In this document: positions 7,528 to 12,166 of the stretch, one piece after another
How positions within the stretch are numbered: position 1 is the first letter of the stretch
Layout of the letters: each line of letters starts with the position of its first letter
DNA from: Elusimicrobiota bacterium
Lineage (GTDB): Bacteria > Elusimicrobiota > Elusimicrobia > UBA1565
Assembly (NCBI GenBank): GCA_043827405.1
Contig: JBDRPD010000079.1
Location: 1 to 12,166, forward strand
Direction: 5' to 3'
DNA length: 12,166 bases
The notes under the pieces: generated by a model
Databases searched by the model: none
The model's input: only the letters and a program-made list of their open reading frames with translations
What the model was told of the DNA's origin: nothing
Translations under genes and position numbers: made by a program

Positions 7528-7556
7528 AGTATAAGCCAGTTTCCTCTTTAATTCAA
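7528..7556 (-). promoter_or_regulatory. Sigma70-type promoter upstream of the beta-barrel gene
   Basis: Minus strand TTGAAT (7556-7551), 17 nt, TATACT (7533-7528), with an AT-rich UP-like region at 7557-7610. Confidence 0.65.
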
Positions 7557-7610
7557 TAGCATATTTTAATGTCATATTTACTAAGAAACCGGGTGAAATA
7601 AATTCTTATT

Positions 7611-8342
7611 TTATTTAGCTATTTTAGGTATCAATAACCTCTGCCCGGGGACCAGTTCGCCTCCCCGACGAATTCTGTCGCTATTTGCTCGGTAAATATC
7701 GATCCAATGCACCGAGTTGCCAAACAGCTTCTGTGCTATGCTGCGCAGCGTATCGCTGCGCTGAACGACATATAAATTCGCCACCGCTCTCTTGGGTTCC
7801 CCGGCATGCTTAACGGCCTGCTCCAGCACTTCCAACCGGCGTTTGTACTCCGCGATCTCCCGGCGCTCTCCTTGCGCGGGCGGGTCATAGCGCTCTTCCG
7901 CCCGAACCTGCGGTTCGACGGCCGCCGGTTCATAGGACGGGTTCGACGGCGCCGGCGGCACCGAAGGCACCTCGAACGGCGGCGGCGGCGGCGCGGCGTC
8001 ACCGACCTTCCAGTTCGGCGCCGCCGCCAAGCGCACGGCCCAGCCGGTCCCCGCAGGAGGCTCGAATTTCAGACGGTATCCTTTGACCCGCAACTGCTCC
8101 GGAATCGGCTTCTTGTCGCCGATAACAGCGGCGAAGCTTCCGTCCACCGTCCGCACATACCGCGTCTCCTCCCACACTTTCTCACCGCCTACGGCGTCCA
8201 ACAGGCTCACCTTCAGGAGATATGTACCGCTCATGCGATTGCCCGCGGCGTCCTGCAGACTGCCCCGCATCTCCAGGAGCGACCGCGCGTCGGCGGGAAC
8301 CGCGGCCAAGAGCATAATGAGCGGGAAAAGTTTTTTGATCAT
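7611..8342 (-). CDS. Secreted LysM peptidoglycan-binding protein with an N-terminal domain shared with the AMIN protein
   Basis: AAAGGAG Shine-Dalgarno, ATGA overlap with the upstream gene, signal peptide (..VPADA), Pro-rich linker, short coiled coil, and C-terminal LysM YVVQRSDTLRSIAQKLFGNSVHWIDIYRAN..LVPGQRLLIP. Confidence 0.88.
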   Translation of the reverse strand: MIKKLFPLIMLLAAVPADARSLLEMRGSLQDAAGNRMSGTYLLKVSLLDAVGGEKVWEETRYVRTVDGSFAAVIGDKKPIPEQLRVKGYRLKFEPPAGTGWAVRLAAAPNWKVGDAAPPPPPFEVPSVPPAPSNPSYEPAAVEPQVRAEERYDPPAQGERREIAEYKRRLEVLEQAVKHAGEPKRAVANLYVVQRSDTLRSIAQKLFGNSVHWIDIYRANSDRIRRGGELVPGQRLLIPKIAK

Positions 8343-9595
8343 TTTAGTGACACTCCTTTCTCGATCTTGGTGAAAGAGTCCAGCGGACGTATCTGCAGCG
8401 ACTGGGAACCGTCACGCGCCAGCCACAGTTCATTGTCCTTCCAGGTAAATGAGGACAGCGGCGTAGGCCCTTCATCCAGCTGCTCGAGAGAATACGCCGA
8501 GAGAACGCGCAGCTTCTCGTCCAATCGATGCTGGTATATCATGCGCGCTTCGGAGTCGGCGGACCAGAAATAGGAATCATCCTTAAAGACCGCGGTCGGG
8601 GCGTTGCCCGGAGCGCGGTAGGACGCGAGCACGCTCAAATTCGCCTCGGTCTCATGCTGGTAGAAGCGCTTGTTAGCGGAGTCGCTCGACCATAGATAGC
8701 GGCCGTCCCAAAACAGCCCCGACGGGCTGGGGCCCGGACTGTTATAGGTCTGCACCAAGGTAAGATTATCATCGAGCCGCCGCTGCTGGATGACTTTTTT
8801 CCAGGAGTCGCAGACATAGACGTGCTGGTCGGTAACGGCCAGACCCGTGATATGCGTCTGCGGCAGCGGATAGGAACGCACCACCTCGAGCCGGCCGCCT
8901 TCCAGCTTGTTCTCGTAGAGCGTCTGCGTGAGCCAGTCGGCGGTCCACAGCCGGTCGCCGTGCCAGACCAGGGCGGTCGGGTTTTCGTGCGACAGGTTCA
9001 AGCTCCTCCCCCCCCCGCCGGCGAAGATGCTCCAAAAAACCATCAGCAGCACCATCAGCGCCATTACGGCCGCGGGGACGAACCAGGACGCGGGGTCGCC
9101 GCTGATCACGGACGCCGGGACGAGCGCCATGGCTCGCTCAATGACCGCCGGCGGCGCGGACTCCGGGCGCGCGGCCGGAACGCGGACCTTATCGGCGAGC
9201 CGCTTGCTCAGAATGCCAGCCGGCGGCTCGACCATCTTGCCGGAAAGCACGCGCTCCACGGTCTCGCGCAGCTCATGGTTGCTGAAGGGCTTCGCCAGGT
9301 AGTGGCTGGCTCCCAGCTGCATAACCTCAACCGCGGACTCCACGCTGCCGTAGCCCGTGACCATGATAACAGGCGTTGTCCGATCGGATTCGCGCAGCTT
9401 GCGCAGTATCTGTACGCCGTCCATGCCGGGCAGGCGGATATCGAGCAGGATCAGGTCGGCCTTCTCGCGCGCATGGAAATCAAGCGCGTCCGGCCCGTTC
9501 TCCGCCTCGAATACCTGATGCCCCATCCGGTTCAGGACATTGCTGAGAGCCATCCGCATGTCCGCTTCATCATCGACGACCAGGATGCGCGCCAT
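8339..9595 (-). CDS. Membrane-anchored response regulator: receiver, TM helix, beta-propeller
   Basis: Complete receiver (VVDDE, LLDIRLPGMDG, MVTG, LAKPF). Hydrophobic segment WFVPAAVMALMVLLMVFWSIF (aa 171-191). Five blade-like repeats centred on LWTAD, VYVCD, LWSSD, FWSAD and LWLAR. Confidence 0.85.
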   Translation of the reverse strand: MARILVVDDEADMRMALSNVLNRMGHQVFEAENGPDALDFHAREKADLILLDIRLPGMDGVQILRKLRESDRTTPVIMVTGYGSVESAVEVMQLGASHYLAKPFSNHELRETVERVLSGKMVEPPAGILSKRLADKVRVPAARPESAPPAVIERAMALVPASVISGDPASWFVPAAVMALMVLLMVFWSIFAGGGGRSLNLSHENPTALVWHGDRLWTADWLTQTLYENKLEGGRLEVVRSYPLPQTHITGLAVTDQHVYVCDSWKKVIQQRRLDDNLTLVQTYNSPGPSPSGLFWDGRYLWSSDSANKRFYQHETEANLSVLASYRAPGNAPTAVFKDDSYFWSADSEARMIYQHRLDEKLRVLSAYSLEQLDEGPTPLSSFTWKDNELWLARDGSQSLQIRPLDSFTKIEKGVSLK

Positions 9596-9596
9596 A

Positions 9597-12166
9597 TCAG
9601 CCTCTCTTGCCCTGCGCCGGGATCTTCAGGACGGCCCGGGCGCCTTTTCCGCCCTGCGCGGAGAACTCGAAGGACCCGCCGTGCGCCGTCAGGATTCGCT
9701 TGGTTATCGCCACCCCGAGCCCGACGCCTCCGGGCTTGGTCGTAAAGAACGGCTGTCCCACCTGCTTGAGGTGCTCCGGCGCCACCCCCGCGCCCGAATC
9801 CGTCACTTCAACGGACACGGTCTTCGCCTCGGCGTCGAAGCTTCCCGCCACGCGCAGCGTACCGCCCTCGGGCATCGCCTCGTAGGCGTTCATCAGCACG
9901 TTCAGCAGCGCCTCTTCGACGCGCCCGGCGTCCATAGTGACCGCCGGCAGGTCTTCGGGGATATCCGTCTCAATGCGTATTCCACGCGTCTCACACATCC
10001 TCCGTATCTGCGTCACCGCCCCCGCGACGACCTGAGCGAAGCCCGCGGGCTTGGAACTCAGGCTCAGCGGACGCGTAAAATCCACAAGCTGATCGACCCT
10101 CTCTTTGAGGTTGCCTATCGCCCGCATGATCGCGTCCATCGTCTCGCGTTCCTTGCGCCCGACCCAGACCCCGCTAAGGCGGTCCTCCGCCAGGCTCTGA
10201 ATAATGCCCAGCGGGTTCCGAATCTGATGCGCGATGCCGAAGACCAGATCGTTAAGCTCCGCCTCGAACGCTACCTGGGGTATCTTACCTTTCAATTCCC
10301 GCGTTCGGAAAGAGGCCAACAGCCGGTTGCGCAGCTCGCGCAGCTCCTTCTCCTTCTCCCGGACCTTCTCCTCCGAGGACTTCAGCTTTTCGCCGCGGCG
10401 CGCGAGATCCTCCTGCTGCGACGAGAACGCCTGTTCGAGCTCCGCGCTGCGCGCGCGTACCGTCCGCTCCTCTTCTTCCAAGCGCTGGCGCAGCTTGTCG
10501 TCCGAGCCGCGCACCAGGTCCTCGACCTCCTCGCGGCGACGCTTCAGGTCGATCTCTGCTTCCTGCAGCCGGCGCTCGCGCTCATGCAGCCCTTCGGTCC
10601 GCAGGCGTACGGTCTCGTCGATCTGCTGGGCGCTGAGCTTCTCCAGCTCCCGGCGGCGCACGTCGAACTCTCCCTGCAGCGCCTGCCGCTCCGCCTTCAG
10701 CTTCTCCAACCCGGACTCGAGCTGGCTGGCCTCGTTCTCGGTCATGCTCGCCCGCATTTCCTGCTCCAGCTCGGCGCGCCGCCGGGCCAGATCCTCATCG
10801 GCCGCCCGCTGGCTCTCCTTGAGCATCCTTCGTTCCTGTTCGAGACGCATCTCGAAATCGCGCTCCAATGAACTTCGCCGCTCCGCCCATTCGCGTTCCA
10901 GCAGCTCCTCGCGCTTCTTCAGGCTGTCGTTGAGGCGCTCCTCCTGGCGGTGGAAAGCCTTCTCGCGCTCCTTGATGCGTTCGCGCAGCTCCGCCTCCAT
11001 GCGGAAGCGCTCCTCCTCCCTGATCTTGCCGCGCAGCTCGTCTTCCCGCCGCGCGAAATCCTGCTCCAGCGCCTCGCGCTCCTCTTCCAGACGCTGATCC
11101 TTGCGCGCCAGCTCCTGGCGCAAGGCCTGATGCATATCCTCCGAGGATTTCTTAAGCTCCGTGCGGTTGCGCTCCTGCGCGGCGCTGATCTCCAGCAGCA
11201 GCGCTTCCTCCCGCTCGCTCCAGCTGCGCTGCAGCGCCTCATCGCGGTGCAGGAACTCCTTCTGCAGCTTGTGCTCGCGCTCGCGGAACTCCTGCTCGAG
11301 CTTGATCCGCCGCTCCTCCAGCTCGGACTCCCGGCGCCGCAGCGTTTCCGTATCCGCGTCCAGCTTGCGGCGCAGCTCGTGCTGCTCGCTCTGCAGCGCC
11401 TCCCGTATCTTGGCGGTCTGCTCCTCGAGCTTTTCGCTGCGCTCCTGATACGCCGCATTGAGCCGCGATTCGATCTCATCGCGCCGCTTGGCGTATTCTT
11501 CACGCTCGCGCTCAAGCACGCCTTTCGCCTCTTCCCACTCCGCCTCAAGCGCCGCGCGCTCTTCGCTGAGACGCCGCTGACGGTCGGCGTCCGCCTTCAC
11601 CGCCTCCTTGCGGAGACGCTCTTCGCGCTCGGAGATCGTCCTCATCAGACCCGATTCCTTTTCGCGATATTCGGCGACGACCCGCTTCTTGAACTCGTCG
11701 GCGTCCTGCATCTTCCGGGCATGCGCGGCCTCATACGCGGCCCGCTCCTTGGCGGCTTCCTCCTGGCGGACGCGGTAGGCGTACTCCAGCTCATCCTCGC
11801 GCTTGCGGAACTCGCTTTCCAGCGAGGCGCGGCGCTCGGCCAGTTCCTTGACCGAGCGCTCAAGCTCGTCGCGTTTCTTCGCCAGCGAGGCTTCGAGCTG
11901 ATCCCGCTCCTGTTCGAGCCGCGCCGCGGAATCGGCCTCGCGATCGGCGATCACCTGCCGCGCGGCCTGCTCCTGCTCCGCCAGCGCGCTTTTCAGCGCC
12001 GCTTCCTTCTTCTTGTAATCGACCCCCAGCTTTTCGCGGGCGGCCGCCAGCTCGGCTTCGCGCTTCGCCAGCTCTTCGCGCTCCCGCGCGAGCGCCGCCA
12101 GGCCTTCCGCCTCCCGGTCCTTAAGCGCCTGCTGCGCCGCCTTCTCCTCCTCCGCCAAGGCGTTCT
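9597..12166 (-). CDS. Histidine kinase (HisKA/HATPase_c) with a very long coiled-coil N-terminus, 5'-truncated
   Basis: H box IAHQIRNPL, N box NVLMNAYEA, G1 DSGAG, F box FFTTK, G2 GVGLG. More than 600 aa of E/R/K/A/L-rich helical sequence upstream. The frame has no stop up to the window end. Confidence 0.9.
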   Translation of the reverse strand, partial: NALAEEEKAAQQALKDREAEGLAALAREREELAKREAELAAAREKLGVDYKKKEAALKSALAEQEQAARQVIADREADSAARLEQERDQLEASLAKKRDELERSVKELAERRASLESEFRKREDELEYAYRVRQEEAAKERAAYEAAHARKMQDADEFKKRVVAEYREKESGLMRTISEREERLRKEAVKADADRQRRLSEERAALEAEWEEAKGVLEREREEYAKRRDEIESRLNAAYQERSEKLEEQTAKIREALQSEQHELRRKLDADTETLRRRESELEERRIKLEQEFREREHKLQKEFLHRDEALQRSWSEREEALLLEISAAQERNRTELKKSSEDMHQALRQELARKDQRLEEEREALEQDFARREDELRGKIREEERFRMEAELRERIKEREKAFHRQEERLNDSLKKREELLEREWAERRSSLERDFEMRLEQERRMLKESQRAADEDLARRRAELEQEMRASMTENEASQLESGLEKLKAERQALQGEFDVRRRELEKLSAQQIDETVRLRTEGLHERERRLQEAEIDLKRRREEVEDLVRGSDDKLRQRLEEEERTVRARSAELEQAFSSQQEDLARRGEKLKSSEEKVREKEKELRELRNRLLASFRTRELKGKIPQVAFEAELNDLVFGIAHQIRNPLGIIQSLAEDRLSGVWVGRKERETMDAIMRAIGNLKERVDQLVDFTRPLSLSSKPAGFAQVVAGAVTQIRRMCETRGIRIETDIPEDLPAVTMDAGRVEEALLNVLMNAYEAMPEGGTLRVAGSFDAEAKTVSVEVTDSGAGVAPEHLKQVGQPFFTTKPGGVGLGVAITKRILTAHGGSFEFSAQGGKGARAVLKIPAQGKRG

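Noticed and set aside
7443..7780. AT-rich patch as a horizontal-transfer or insertion boundary
   Set aside because: No integrase, transposase, terminal repeats or target duplication is visible. The promoter region explains most of it, and the LysM frame is intact.
8339..9595. NtrC-type sigma54 activator call suggested by the receiver sequence
   Set aside because: No Walker motifs, GAFTGA or HTH follow the receiver; a TM helix and propeller repeats are found instead.
10270..12166. DNA tandem repeat or CRISPR-like array in the repetitive-looking region
   Set aside because: No identical fixed-length repeats with spacers; the repetitiveness comes from Glu/Arg/Leu/Ala codons of the coiled coil.

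Overview
GC-rich chromosomal window from a diderm bacterium (signal peptides, AMIN/LysM domains and an outer-membrane barrel are present; the taxon cannot be fixed from sequence alone). It holds two convergent gene blocks. Plus strand: a 5'-truncated FkbM-family methyltransferase, a PilT/PilU-family ATPase, a secreted protein with five C-P-x7-T-x8-C repeats and a PsbP-like C-terminus, a crotonase-family enzyme and a DUF502-like membrane protein. Minus strand: a 5'-truncated histidine kinase with >600 aa of coiled coil, a receiver protein whose output is a TM helix plus a beta-propeller, a secreted LysM protein, an outer-membrane beta-barrel with a FecR-like N-terminus, a secreted tandem-AMIN protein and a YtxH-like protein. 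The best candidate for an undescribed system is the minus-strand block, which has one component per envelope layer. Its LysM and AMIN proteins share a homologous ~80-aa domain resembling the N-terminus of bacterial tail-fibre-like surface proteins. Terminator-like hairpins crossed by short ORFs lie just upstream of two of these genes. No rRNA, tRNA, CRISPR array or mobile element was seen. All family calls come from motif recognition by eye, not database searches.
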